Assembly (NCBI GenBank): GCA_041159435.1
Contig: JBEAYH010000048.1
Location: 1 to 58,665 of the forward strand
Source of the DNA: Bacteroidota bacterium
GTDB lineage: Bacteria > Bacteroidota > Bacteroidia > Chitinophagales > Chitinophagaceae
DNA: 58,665 nucleotides
Reading direction: 5' to 3'
Under the pieces are notes generated by a model that was not told where the DNA came from, did no database searches, and worked only from the letters and a program-made list of their open reading frames with translations. Position 1 is the stretch's first letter; each line of letters opens with the position of its first letter. The position numbers were made by a program, and so were the translations under genes. Below are positions 29,700-39,768 of this stretch, one piece after another.

Positions 29700-30479
29700 T
29701 TGTCGATCACAGTTGAGTTTTTAGGAACAGGCACCAGTGGAGGAGTGCCCATGATTGCCTGCAAATGTGCAGTATGTCAATCTAATGACAGCAAGGATAA
29801 GCGTCTCAGAAGCAGTGTGCTGATCAAGTCGCCCAGCACAACTGTTGTGATTGATACCACGCCCGATTTCAGGACACAAATGCTTCGCTCAGGAGTTGAA
29901 CACATTGATGCAGTTCTTTTTACCCATTCGCACAAGGATCATATTGCAGGGTTGGATGATATCCGTGCTTTCAATTTTTTCTCGAAAAAACCTATTCCTA
30001 TTTATGCCAATCAGGAAACATCCGAAGCGCTTCAACGTGATTTTTACTATGCATTTGCAGAATTGAAATATCCTGGTATTCCTGAAATCAACCTGCATAC
30101 CATTGATGACAAACCTTTTCAGGTAGGTGATTTATCTTTTCAACCCTTTGCTGTGAAACATTTGCACATGGATGTAACTGCTTACAGAATGGGTGATTTC
30201 ACCTATATCACCGATGCAAATTTCATTGGTGAAGATGCCCAAAAAATAATTCAAGGCACAGATGTACTGGTTTTGAATGCACTTCGAAAGGAAAAACATT
30301 TATCACATTTTACGTTGGATGAAGCCATTGAGATGGCGACTGTTTTGAATGCACGACAGACTTATTTTACCCATATCAGTCATCAGATGGGTTTTCATCA
30401 TGAAACCTCCAAAGAACTTCCCAAGGGTATGTTTTTTGCATACGATGGACTTAAACTTCACGTGAATAATCACATTTGA
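29700..30479 (+). CDS. MBL-fold metallo-hydrolase (PhnP-like phosphodiesterase)
   Basis: LGTGTSGGVP...C.C.VC, D.RLRSS, THSHKDHIAGLDD, YITD and THISH. Confidence 0.9.
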   Translation: MSITVEFLGTGTSGGVPMIACKCAVCQSNDSKDKRLRSSVLIKSPSTTVVIDTTPDFRTQMLRSGVEHIDAVLFTHSHKDHIAGLDDIRAFNFFSKKPIPIYANQETSEALQRDFYYAFAELKYPGIPEINLHTIDDKPFQVGDLSFQPFAVKHLHMDVTAYRMGDFTYITDANFIGEDAQKIIQGTDVLVLNALRKEKHLSHFTLDEAIEMATVLNARQTYFTHISHQMGFHHETSKELPKGMFFAYDGLKLHVNNHI

Positions 30480-30530
30480 TTCTGCTGATTTTATCAGATG
30501 TTGGATTTCTTCATGCATGACTTTTGTATC

Positions 30531-31229
30531 ATGCGATGGATGAAACATATATCGGAGTGGATCTATTTTTCCAAAAAGGAACGTTTAGGCATTTATATCA
30601 TGGGATTTTTGATTGCCCTGTTATGGGTGTTGCCTACTTTTTTTGCAGGGGGTAATGAGTTGATAGAACCATTGAATATATCTATTGTGCAATTGGACAG
30701 CATGGAAAAGGTACTCATCCACCGCCAACGAAAACATGTTGGCAAATTCGCCAAATACAAATCTGCTGTCCATCAAGCTGACACACAAAAGCAATCAAAT
30801 GCCCGCAATACCCATCATAAATACAAAATACTCGATATAAATACAGCTGACAGCATCTCTTTGGAGCAGCTTCCAGGGATTGGCGAAAAATTATCTGCCC
30901 GCATCATCAAATACCGTGAGCGTTTAGGCGGATTTATAGAAATCAATCAGTTGAAAGAAATCTACGGCATGTCTGACAGTAATTTTATAAAATTCAGCAA
31001 ACTAATCATCGTTCAATCCGGTTTTTCTCCCAGCAAAATCAATTTGAATAAAGCCACTTACCAGGAAATGAGGCGACATCCATATATCAATCATTTGTTC
31101 GCCAAATCTGTATTGGCCTATGTAAAGATGCACGGTTCTATCAATAGCTTGGAGGAGTTGGTGAGGATAGGAAGTTTGACTGAAGAGGAGATCGTAAAAG
31201 TTAGGCCCTATCTTGATGTGGGGCTTTAA
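30531..31229 (+). CDS. ComEA-like helix-hairpin-helix DNA-binding membrane protein
   Basis: N-terminal TM (FSKKER.GI), DINTAD...LPGIGEKLSARIIKYR..LGGF and a second INLNKA..E repeat. Start is uncertain. Confidence 0.8.
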   Translation: MRWMKHISEWIYFSKKERLGIYIMGFLIALLWVLPTFFAGGNELIEPLNISIVQLDSMEKVLIHRQRKHVGKFAKYKSAVHQADTQKQSNARNTHHKYKILDINTADSISLEQLPGIGEKLSARIIKYRERLGGFIEINQLKEIYGMSDSNFIKFSKLIIVQSGFSPSKINLNKATYQEMRRHPYINHLFAKSVLAYVKMHGSINSLEELVRIGSLTEEEIVKVRPYLDVGL

Positions 31230-31402
31230 TCCAAGAAATCATCTTCCTGTTTGGGTCCATATTTATCAAACAGTTTATCAATCGCTTTTGCAAATACGGG
31301 CAGTTTCTTTTTCGCAAACTCTTTAATGATGTGAATGGATTGTGTAGCCTGTTTTTCCGTTAGTTGGACTTCTTTCATCAATTGCTCAACCAACTCTTTC
31401 AT
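31226..31402 (-). CDS. Small helical hypothetical protein (58 aa) directly after clpX
   Basis: ATG 1 nt after the clpX stop; amphipathic helices MKELVEQLMKEVQLTEKQATQSI. Confidence 0.65.
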   Translation of the reverse strand: MKELVEQLMKEVQLTEKQATQSIHIIKEFAKKKLPVFAKAIDKLFDKYGPKQEDDFLD

Positions 31403-31403
31403 G

Positions 31404-32666
31404 CTAAGCCACTTTGAGGACATTCATTTTGGCGTGCTCGAATTTTTGGGTTGCGTATGCAAGGGAGAGGGTAAATTCTTTTTTATCAGAAGAGGGCAAT
31501 TCGAACATGGCGTCAGTCAACATGGTCTCACAAATTGATCTGAGTCCCCTTGCCCCTAATTTAAATTCCATTGCTTTGTCAACCATGAATTCCAGCACTT
31601 CCTCTTCTATCTTTAATTCAATGCCTTCCAGTTCAAACAATTTTCTGTATTGTTTGATCAGCGCATTTTTGGGTGCTGTAAGAATTGATTTTAAAGTTGA
31701 CTTATCAAGAGGGTCTAGGTAGGTGACAATAGGCAATCGTCCGAGGAGTTCAGGAATCAATCCGAATGATTTGAGATCTTGGGCATTGACAAATTTCAAA
31801 AGGTTGTTTTTCATTTCCTCTTGCACCGATTTGTTTACATTGAATCCAATCGCATTGGTGTTTACCCTTCTTGCGATTACCTTATCAATTCCATCGAAAG
31901 CCCCGCCGCAAATAAATAGGATGTTTTGCGTGTTTATTTTGATCAGTTTTTGATCAGGATGTTTTCTTCCTCCCTGAGGTGGAACAAGTACATCGGTGCC
32001 CTCCAACAGTTTCAGGAGTCCCTGTTGAACACCTTCACCACTTACATCTCTTGTGATAGAGGGATTGTCTGTTTTTCGGGCAATTTTATCGATTTCGTCT
32101 ATGTATACGATTCCGCTTTCCGCCGCGGCAACATCATAATTGCAAACCTGCAGCAACCTGGTCAATATACTTTCTACATCCTCCCCCACATAACCAGCTT
32201 CTGTGAATACGGTTGCATCCACAATTGCAAATGGAACATTAAGGAGTTTGGCAATGGTTTTAGCGAGGAGTGTTTTTCCTGTGCCAGTTTCTCCAACCAT
32301 GATGACATTGCTTTTTTCAATTTCAACATCATCATTTTTCTCCCCCTTTTTGCTTTGCTTACCTGCATTGCCAATGGGTTGATTGAGTCGTTTGTAATGA
32401 TTGTAGACTGCCACAGCAAGGATTTTTTTTGCTTCATCCTGACCGATGACATATTCGTCCAAATGATTTTTGAGTTCAATTGGTTTTTTCACCGAGAGTT
32501 TGAATCCTGATTTACCGTCTTTTTTTGATTCTATTTCTTGGAAAACAATTTCTTTTGCGTGGTCTACACAAGATTCACAGATATGGCCTTCTTGGCCTGC
32601 GATCAGGATTTTCACCTCATCACGGTTTTTGCCGCAAAATGAACAATGCAATGTATTCTTTGCCAT
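31404..32666 (-). CDS. clpX: ATP-dependent Clp protease ATP-binding subunit
   Basis: CSFCG...C..C zinc domain, [31 protein letters not shown] loop and GARGLR. Confidence 0.97.
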   Translation of the reverse strand: MAKNTLHCSFCGKNRDEVKILIAGQEGHICESCVDHAKEIVFQEIESKKDGKSGFKLSVKKPIELKNHLDEYVIGQDEAKKILAVAVYNHYKRLNQPIGNAGKQSKKGEKNDDVEIEKSNVIMVGETGTGKTLLAKTIAKLLNVPFAIVDATVFTEAGYVGEDVESILTRLLQVCNYDVAAAESGIVYIDEIDKIARKTDNPSITRDVSGEGVQQGLLKLLEGTDVLVPPQGGRKHPDQKLIKINTQNILFICGGAFDGIDKVIARRVNTNAIGFNVNKSVQEEMKNNLLKFVNAQDLKSFGLIPELLGRLPIVTYLDPLDKSTLKSILTAPKNALIKQYRKLFELEGIELKIEEEVLEFMVDKAMEFKLGARGLRSICETMLTDAMFELPSSDKKEFTLSLAYATQKFEHAKMNVLKVA

Positions 32667-32683
32667 ATAATGAATGCTACGTG

Positions 32684-33298
32684 TTAGATTGATTTTACTA
32701 CTCCGTCTACAATGCCGTATTTCACAGATTCATCTGCATTCATCCAATAATCTCTGTCGAAATCTTTCATGACCTTATCGAATGTTTGTCCGCAGTTCTC
32801 AGCCAGAATCTTTGCACCAAGCTCTTTTATTTTTCTGATTTGCTCAGCCATGATTTCGAGGTCAGCCGAAGTGCCCTGTCCGCCACCTGAGGGCTGATGG
32901 ATCATCACTTCTCCATGGGGATAGATATATCTTTTTCCTTTCTTGCCACCACTTAGTAATATAGACCCCATCGATGCAGCCATTCCCATACAAATGGTTG
33001 ATACAGGTGATTTGATCATTTGCATGGTATCGTAAATGACCATTCCACTTGTAACGACCCCACCGGGAGAATTGATGTAAAACTTGATTTCTTTTCCTGG
33101 ATCAACAGCATCCAAGTACATCAGTCTGGCAGTGATATCTTTTGCTGATTTATCATCAACCACACCCCAGAGAAATACTTTTCTTTGTTCAATAAACTTT
33201 TTATCGAACTTGGCAACTGACAACATGTTTTCCATCATGTTTCCATTTTCTGCTGGTTCGTGTTCTTCGTCGAGTCTAATTTTATTGTACATGTTCAT
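32684..33298 (-). CDS. clpP: Clp protease proteolytic subunit, second copy
   Basis: YINSPGG, AASMG (Ser), MIHQP (His) and DRD (Asp). Start set at MNMYN. Confidence 0.9.
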   Translation of the reverse strand: MNMYNKIRLDEEHEPAENGNMMENMLSVAKFDKKFIEQRKVFLWGVVDDKSAKDITARLMYLDAVDPGKEIKFYINSPGGVVTSGMVIYDTMQMIKSPVSTICMGMAASMGSILLSGGKKGKRYIYPHGEVMIHQPSGGGQGTSADLEIMAEQIRKIKELGAKILAENCGQTFDKVMKDFDRDYWMNADESVKYGIVDGVVKSI

Positions 33299-33308
33299 TT
33301 TCTTCCTT

Positions 33309-33998
33309 TTACGCTTTCTTCTTTTTTGGATTGAGTAGGAGGACTTCATCCACCAATCCATATTCTTTTGATTCTTGAGCGGTCATCCAAAAATCTCGGT
33401 CAAAATCTTTGGCAATCCTCTCTACTGGTTGTCCGCTGTGTTGTGCCACTACATCATAGAGTTCTTGTTTCAATTTTCTGACCTGTGATACGGTGATTTC
33501 AATATCACTCGCTTGTCCGCCTGCACCAGCACTTGGTTGATGCATCATGATGCGTGAATGTTTGAGTGCTGTACGTTTACCAGCCGTACCCGCACACATC
33601 AATACGGCAGCCATGCTGGCAGCCACACCAATGCAGATGGTAGATACATCAGGGGTAACATATTGCATGGTATCATAGACGCCGAGTCCAGAGTATACGG
33701 AGCCACCCGGACTGTTGATATACATTTGAATATCTCTTGTACGGTCGGTGCTGTCAAGGAAGAGCAATTGTGCGGTAATGATATTGGCCACTTCATCTGT
33801 GATGGGATAACCCAAAAAAATGATCCTGTCCATCATCAGCCTGCTGTAGACATCCATCACGGCTATGTTCATCGGCCTTTCCTCAATGATATTGGGAGTG
33901 AGGTTGGTTACCATGTGATTGGTATATCCATGCAGGGTATTGCTGGAAATTCCCCTCTCTTTTATTGCAAACTTTTCAAATTCCTTTCCGAGATTCAT
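33309..33998 (-). CDS. clpP: Clp protease proteolytic subunit, first copy
   Basis: MDVYSRLMMDRIIFLG, YINSPGGSV, AASMA, MMHQP and DRDFWM. Confidence 0.95.
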   Translation of the reverse strand: MNLGKEFEKFAIKERGISSNTLHGYTNHMVTNLTPNIIEERPMNIAVMDVYSRLMMDRIIFLGYPITDEVANIITAQLLFLDSTDRTRDIQMYINSPGGSVYSGLGVYDTMQYVTPDVSTICIGVAASMAAVLMCAGTAGKRTALKHSRIMMHQPSAGAGGQASDIEITVSQVRKLKQELYDVVAQHSGQPVERIAKDFDRDFWMTAQESKEYGLVDEVLLLNPKKKKA

Positions 33999-34132
33999 GG
34001 TTGTCGGGATTTATATGAGCAAATTAATACAAATACAGTCCAAATAGCATGCCTGAAACCAAAGCAGACAATTTGTCCAGCTGAATTTCCTGTTTTTTAG
34101 TAAACCCCTAACAATGTTCCCTGGAATAGGAA

Positions 34133-35503
34133 TCAATGCTGGTGTTTCTCAGAAAGCTTTTGGAACTCTTCAACGGTGAGTTTTTTCTCCGTTGGTTTCG
34201 CTTGAGATGCAGACCAGGCAAGGACTTTAGAGCTGAATACGCGTTGGTAAGCACTCTCAACCTGCTGCTTGTCACCCATCATTCTCTCGACATAGCTGTC
34301 AAGCCAATCCATGTTTCCTCCAAGATTCATGGATCCAAAATAGCCCATGAGCTGCTGACGCAGGTTGTCCATTATTTCCTCTCTGCTCACCTGAAGTGAT
34401 TGTTGAGTTCCAATTTCGTTGCTGACCAGTGTCCAACGCAGTTGGTTGAGGAAGTTGGGGAAGTCTTTTTCGATTGCTTCAGGGGACTGTTCTTTCTCAC
34501 CGCTTTTCAGTAACCATTTTTTCAAAAATGCTTCAGGGAAATCCATTTTGGTTTCTTCTGACAAGAGATGAAAAATTTCATGCTCCAACATGTGTTGGGC
34601 CTGGTGTTTCCAGTATCCTTCAATTTGTGCTTTTATTTCTGCCCTGAATGCCTCTTCGGTTGTGATTTCTTTTGCCGGGATGGCCTCTTTGAAAAAAGTT
34701 TCATCCAATGCCCTTTTCTCTACAAATCCAATTTTTGTAATCTGCATTACAAAATATTGTTTCAAGTCCTCTTTGTTGTCTTTGTCAAGTCCCAGGTCCT
34801 TCGCAAGCCAATCTCTTTCTTTGTCCTCAAACGCCTTGCCCACTTGCAAGATGATTTGCTCATCTTTTTTCTTTCCCATCAGTTCCTTTTGGGTAGCAAC
34901 AGAAAAATATTTTAGCAACAATGAGTTTTCTTTCTTTTCAGCACCTTCTTCAACAGCACCTTTTGCATCTGATTTTTGAAAGGACACATTGAGGATGTCT
35001 TCTTCGTTTGAAACGCTCTCTGGTTCAGTCATTTTTCCCAGACGCTGACGGAGTCTTTCCACTTCTTCATTGATCATTTCCTCGGTTGTTTCAACAACAC
35101 TCAGGGTTGTTTTGGCTTTAGCCAAATCAGGAATGGAAAAATTTGGCTTCAGGCCGAGTTCGAAAGAAAAAGTATACTCTTTCGGCTCTGTATGGTTGAT
35201 TAGCGCAGGATCGTTGTTATTCTCAGGGAGGGGCTGTCCGAGGTATGCAATGTTTTCCGTTTGTAAATATTGCATCAATTCATTTTCGATATTGCGCAAT
35301 ACTTCCTCAGTGAAAACAGCTGCACCGTACATCTTTTTTACTACTCCGGTTGGCACCATGCCTTTTCTGAATCCGGGGATGTTTGCATTTTTAGCATATT
35401 TCTTGAGTGCTGACTCATATGCTGGGTTGTAATCGGACGGAGAAACAGTTACTTTGATTCTTTCGTGGAGTGGAGCGATCTGCTCCCTGCTGATTGTTGC
35501 CAT
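34133..35503 (-). CDS. tig: Trigger factor
   Basis: Ribosome-binding signature IPGFRKGMVP, position upstream of clpP-clpX, and matching length. Start at MATIS. Confidence 0.92.
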   Translation of the reverse strand: MATISREQIAPLHERIKVTVSPSDYNPAYESALKKYAKNANIPGFRKGMVPTGVVKKMYGAAVFTEEVLRNIENELMQYLQTENIAYLGQPLPENNNDPALINHTEPKEYTFSFELGLKPNFSIPDLAKAKTTLSVVETTEEMINEEVERLRQRLGKMTEPESVSNEEDILNVSFQKSDAKGAVEEGAEKKENSLLLKYFSVATQKELMGKKKDEQIILQVGKAFEDKERDWLAKDLGLDKDNKEDLKQYFVMQITKIGFVEKRALDETFFKEAIPAKEITTEEAFRAEIKAQIEGYWKHQAQHMLEHEIFHLLSEETKMDFPEAFLKKWLLKSGEKEQSPEAIEKDFPNFLNQLRWTLVSNEIGTQQSLQVSREEIMDNLRQQLMGYFGSMNLGGNMDWLDSYVERMMGDKQQVESAYQRVFSSKVLAWSASQAKPTEKKLTVEEFQKLSEKHQH

Positions 35504-35527
35504 GTTCAAATTAATTTGGGAAAAGAG

Positions 35528-35609
35528 TGCGGGTGGAGGGACTCGAACCCCCAAGCCTCACGGCACCAGATCCTAAGTCTGGCGTGTCTACCAATTTCAC
35601 CACACCCGC
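35528..35609 (-). tRNA. tRNA-Leu(TAG)
   Basis: Minus strand GCGGGTGTGGTGAAATTGGTAGACACGCCAGACTTAGGATCTGGTGCCGTGAGGCTTGGGGGTTCGAGTCCCTCCACCCGCA. Acceptor stem GCGGGTG/CACCCGC, anticodon arm CCAGA-CTTAGGA-TCTGG, long variable arm, GTTCGA T-loop; CCA not encoded. TACCTTTG promoter at 35649-35656. Confidence 0.97.
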
Positions 35610-35713
35610 AAATGGTTAAGCTTGCAGCTGCTCTTTTCAACTGGGGTGCAAAGGTAACCATTTTTGAGGTAATTAAAAGGCATTCCCAGGCTTTTTCAGT
35701 AAATTTGATTGAC

Positions 35714-37951
35714 ATGAATTTCGTCGATCAAGATATGATGATGGCGCCCTATGCGCTGAGCGAAGAGGAGGAAAAAAGGGAGATCGTCCGCCGCTACAGG
35801 GCCTTGTTGAGGACACTCAAACCCAAGTTGAAAACAGGTGACAAGCGGTTGGTGAGAACTGCTTTTGAAATGGCAGTGGATGCCCATAAAACCATGCGCA
35901 GAAAAAGTGGGGAGCCTTATATTTTCCATCCCCTGGCAGTTGCGATGATTTGTGTGGAAGAAATTGGACTGGGTGTCAGATCAACCATTTGCGCACTCTT
36001 GCACGACACGGTGGAAGATACAGATATAACATTGGATGATATTCAGAGAGAGTTTGGAAATGAAATGGCAAGAATCATCGATGGACTCACCAAGATTGCA
36101 ACCGTAGTCGATAACAATGCTTCTCAGCAGGCAGAGAATTTCAAAAAAATATTGCTTACCCTCACCGATGATCCACGTGTAATCCTGATCAAGTTGGCCG
36201 ATCGGTTGCACAACATGCGAACACTGGAAAGCATGAAGAGGGAGAAGCAATTGAAAGTTTCTTCTGAAACAGTTTATGTCTATGCGCCGCTGGCGCATCG
36301 CATGGGACTTTACAACATCAAAACCGAGATGGAAGATCTGGCAATGAAATACATGGAGCCAGATCATTACAAAGAGGTCGCCAAAAAATTAGCAGAAACG
36401 AAACGAGAGCGAACGCGCTATATCAATGAATTCATCAAGCCGGTCAAAGAAAAATTAGATGGCATTGGATTCGTCTACGAAATATACGGACGACCAAAAT
36501 CCATCCACTCGATCTGGAACAAAATGAAGAAAAAGAATGTGGCGTTTGAAGAAGTATATGATCTCTTTGCCATCAGGGTCATAATTGATACAGCACAGGA
36601 AAAGGAGAAAGAGAGTTGCTGGAAAGTATATTCCATCATTACAGATATGTACAATCCGTCACCAGAACGTTTGAGGGATTGGTTGAGCAATCCCAAATCA
36701 AATGGATACGAGGCGCTTCATACCACCGTGATGGGTCCGCAGGGAAAATGGGTAGAGGTGCAAATCCGCTCCAAGCGCATGAATGAAATTGCCGAGAAAG
36801 GATTGGCTGCGCATTGGAAATACAAAGAAGGTGGGGATGAAGAGGATCGTTTCGATAAATGGTTCTCACAAATTCGAGAGGCACTGGGAGGGGATGATAT
36901 CAGTTCGATCGATTTTTTACAGGATTTCAAAACATCTTTCCTTGCGGAGGAGATATTTGTTTACACACCAAAGGGTGATGTGAAAATGTTGCCTGTTAAT
37001 TCAAGTGCATTGGACTTCGCATTCAATATCCACAGTGCGATTGGATCAAAATGCATCGGTGCAAAAGTGAATCACAAACTTGTTCCGCTGAGTCATAAAT
37101 TGAGGAGCGGAGACCAGATCGAAATCATCACCTCCAACAAACAAAAGCCAAATGAAGACTGGCTGGGGTTTGTTGTCACAGCCAAAGCCAGAAATGTAAT
37201 CAAGGATGTACTGCGAGATGAAAAAAGAAAAATTGCAGAGGATGGAAAATATGCAGCTGAAAAGAAACTTCAAAACATTGGAGTCAAACTTTCCCCGTAC
37301 AACATCGATCTATTGGTAGAATTCTACAAAGCACAGTCACCATTGGATTTGTTTTACCGCATTGCCACCAAGCAAATTGATTTGAGGGATTTGAAGGAAT
37401 TCGAAGTACGGGGCGACAAACTGGAATTGAAGAAAATCAAAAAAGAAGAAGTTGTTGCAGAAGCAGCAATCAAGCAAGATCTAAAAAAAGATACCGAACT
37501 CATTATTTTTGGCGAACGGAGCGATCGGATCGTTTATACATTGGCCAGTTGTTGTAAACCCATTCCGGGTGACGATGTATTTGGATTTGTTTCAAGCGGT
37601 AAGGGGTTGATCATTCATCGAACCAATTGTCCCAATGCCACCCAATTGCTTTCTAGTTATGGCCATCGCGTGGTCAAGACCAAGTGGGCTAAGAACAAGG
37701 AAATCTCATTCCTGACCGGACTCAACATAACAGGATTGGATGATGTAGGGGTCATCCATAAAATCACCAACCTTATATCTGGAGAACTCAAGATCAATAT
37801 CAGTGCCATCACAGTTGAAGCCAAGGAGGGTATTTTTGAAGGAAATATCAGGTTGTATGTACATGACAAGGAGGAGTTGGATGAACTGATTGCAGAGCTG
37901 AAACTGCTTCCCGGAATTCAGGACGTAAGACGCTACGATCTGGAAGCCTGA
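35714..37951 (+). CDS. relA: Bifunctional (p)ppGpp synthetase/hydrolase (RelA/SpoT family)
   Basis: R.SGEPY..HP, intact LHDTVED hydrolase motif, KLADRLHNMRT, PKSNGYE.LHT, EVQIR, then TGS, CC.P.PGD and ACT. Start at MNFVD, below TAAATTTG at 35700-35707. Confidence 0.93.
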   Translation: MNFVDQDMMMAPYALSEEEEKREIVRRYRALLRTLKPKLKTGDKRLVRTAFEMAVDAHKTMRRKSGEPYIFHPLAVAMICVEEIGLGVRSTICALLHDTVEDTDITLDDIQREFGNEMARIIDGLTKIATVVDNNASQQAENFKKILLTLTDDPRVILIKLADRLHNMRTLESMKREKQLKVSSETVYVYAPLAHRMGLYNIKTEMEDLAMKYMEPDHYKEVAKKLAETKRERTRYINEFIKPVKEKLDGIGFVYEIYGRPKSIHSIWNKMKKKNVAFEEVYDLFAIRVIIDTAQEKEKESCWKVYSIITDMYNPSPERLRDWLSNPKSNGYEALHTTVMGPQGKWVEVQIRSKRMNEIAEKGLAAHWKYKEGGDEEDRFDKWFSQIREALGGDDISSIDFLQDFKTSFLAEEIFVYTPKGDVKMLPVNSSALDFAFNIHSAIGSKCIGAKVNHKLVPLSHKLRSGDQIEIITSNKQKPNEDWLGFVVTAKARNVIKDVLRDEKRKIAEDGKYAAEKKLQNIGVKLSPYNIDLLVEFYKAQSPLDLFYRIATKQIDLRDLKEFEVRGDKLELKKIKKEEVVAEAAIKQDLKKDTELIIFGERSDRIVYTLASCCKPIPGDDVFGFVSSGKGLIIHRTNCPNATQLLSSYGHRVVKTKWAKNKEISFLTGLNITGLDDVGVIHKITNLISGELKINISAITVEAKEGIFEGNIRLYVHDKEELDELIAELKLLPGIQDVRRYDLEA

Positions 37952-38020
37952 TGAGGATATTTATATTTCTGCCTTACAATGCATTGGCCTAAATTCGCGA
38001 CTTAACATTCAAGATTTGTT

Positions 38021-39283
38021 ATGGTAGATGTTTTGCTAGGATTACAATGGGGAGATGAAGGAAAAGGGAAGATTGTTGATTTTTTTGCTCCACAATATGA
38101 TATCATTGCCAGGTTTCAAGGTGGACCCAATGCTGGGCATACGCTCTATGTAAATGGAGAAAAAATAGTACTGCATCAAATCCCTTCCGGCATATTTCAC
38201 GAGAATACCATCAACCTGATAGGGAATGGCGTAGTATTGGACGCTGTAACACTGAGGAAGGAGTATGATAAGGTTGCAGCATTTGGTATTGATGGCAGAA
38301 AAAATTTATTTGTTTCCGAAAGAACACATTTGATACTTCCAACCCACAGGGCGTTGGACAAAGCTTCTGAGTTGTCCAAAGGCAACGAAAAAATCGGATC
38401 AACCCTGAAAGGTATAGGTCCGGCTTATATGGATAAGACCGGAAGAAACGGATTGAGGGTGGGTGACCTCTTGGATAAAAATTTTACTACACAGTACATC
38501 AAGCTGCGCCTCAAACATCAGCGTTTGTTGGACTCATTCGGTTTCAATGAAGACATCAGCGAGTGGGAAGAGGAATTTTTTGAAGCCATTGAATTCATGC
38601 GCAGTTTAAAGATCGTAAACGGAGAATATTTTATCAATCAAAAAATTGCTTCTGGCAAGAAAGTGCTTGCCGAAGGTGCACAAGGCAGCATGCTGGATGT
38701 GGATTTTGGCACATTCCCTTTTGTAACCTCTTCCAATACCATTTCAGCCGGTGTTTGTACAGGTTTAGGAGTCGCGCCTCAAAAAATCAAGGACGTCATT
38801 GGTGTATCGAAAGCCTATTGCACACGTGTTGGAAGCGGACCATTCCCTACCGAACTGCATGATGATACTGGTGAGCGGTTGAGAAAAATCGGGAACGAGT
38901 TTGGGGCTACTACCGGAAGACCCCGCAGATGCGGATGGATAGATCTCGTTGCCTTGAATTTTGCCTGCATGGTGAACGGTGTTACTAAAATCGTGATGAC
39001 CAAGTCGGATGTATTGGATGCTTTTGAAGAGCTGTCTGTTTGCACCAGCTATGGAATTGATGGCAAAGAGGAAAAGGAAGTTCCTTATCAGTTGAGCAAA
39101 GTAAACATAGAACCCACTTATAAGAAATTCAAAGGTTGGATGACAGATATTTCCAAATTGAAGAAGCACACAGATTTGCCAGAGGCAATGAAAACATACA
39201 TTGATTTCATCAATCAATATCTGGGTGTTCCAGTGACCCATATTTCAAATGGTCCGGAAAGAGACCAATTGATTACAGTATAA
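38021..39283 (+). CDS. purA: Adenylosuccinate synthetase
   Basis: GLQWGDEGKGK, QGGPNAGHT, EGAQG and GATTGRPRRCGW. Confidence 0.97.
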   Translation: MVDVLLGLQWGDEGKGKIVDFFAPQYDIIARFQGGPNAGHTLYVNGEKIVLHQIPSGIFHENTINLIGNGVVLDAVTLRKEYDKVAAFGIDGRKNLFVSERTHLILPTHRALDKASELSKGNEKIGSTLKGIGPAYMDKTGRNGLRVGDLLDKNFTTQYIKLRLKHQRLLDSFGFNEDISEWEEEFFEAIEFMRSLKIVNGEYFINQKIASGKKVLAEGAQGSMLDVDFGTFPFVTSSNTISAGVCTGLGVAPQKIKDVIGVSKAYCTRVGSGPFPTELHDDTGERLRKIGNEFGATTGRPRRCGWIDLVALNFACMVNGVTKIVMTKSDVLDAFEELSVCTSYGIDGKEEKEVPYQLSKVNIEPTYKKFKGWMTDISKLKKHTDLPEAMKTYIDFINQYLGVPVTHISNGPERDQLITV

Positions 39284-39372
39284 TCATTGGTAGTTTTTGA
39301 GAAAAATATTTTTAAAATATTTGGTGATATAAAAAAGTCTCAGAAATTTTACAGCGTAATTTCCTGTTGATT

Positions 39373-39768
39373 ATGGCAAAGTCCGAAAAAGAAAAAAAAG
39401 TTGACAAAAAACCCACTGCGGAAACTTCTTCCTCAAAAGCTGTAAAATCCACAGCAAAATCGAAAAAGAGTGATGAAGAGGATGATTTTGATGATGAGGA
39501 AGAGAAGCCTCTGAAGAAATCTGCACAATCACGTGACGACGATGATGATGACACTGAAGATGTCGATGATGATTGGAATCAAGTAGAGGAGGATGAAAAT
39601 TGGGATCCTGATTTTGACGAATTTGATATTCCTAAATCAAAAACAAAAAAATCTGGCGGAAAAAAATCAGCCGACGATGATGATTTGGGGGTGGATGATG
39701 AATTCAAAGATTTGGGATTCGATGATTTCAGCGGAGGTGGCGGGTTCGACGAGGAAGATGACTTTTAA
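39373..39768 (+). CDS. Highly acidic low-complexity hypothetical protein
   Basis: 131-aa ORF that fills the gap, about 37% Asp/Glu by hand count, with Lys-rich blocks. Confidence 0.7.
   Translation: MAKSEKEKKVDKKPTAETSSSKAVKSTAKSKKSDEEDDFDDEEEKPLKKSAQSRDDDDDDTEDVDDDWNQVEEDENWDPDFDEFDIPKSKTKKSGGKKSADDDDLGVDDEFKDLGFDDFSGGGGFDEEDDF

Noticed and set aside
35504-35609. tRNA-Leu as an integration site
   Set aside because: tig starts 24 nt downstream, with no duplicated tRNA 3' end and no integrase.
35465-35713. N-terminal extensions of the RelA ORF (from 35465) and the tig ORF (to 35554)
   Set aside because: They run across tRNA-Leu and promoter elements; the true starts are 35714 and 35503.
39304-39322. 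AT-only palindrome AAATATTTT-T-AAAATATTT after purA
   Set aside because: Low complexity, too weak for a terminator, and likely chance.
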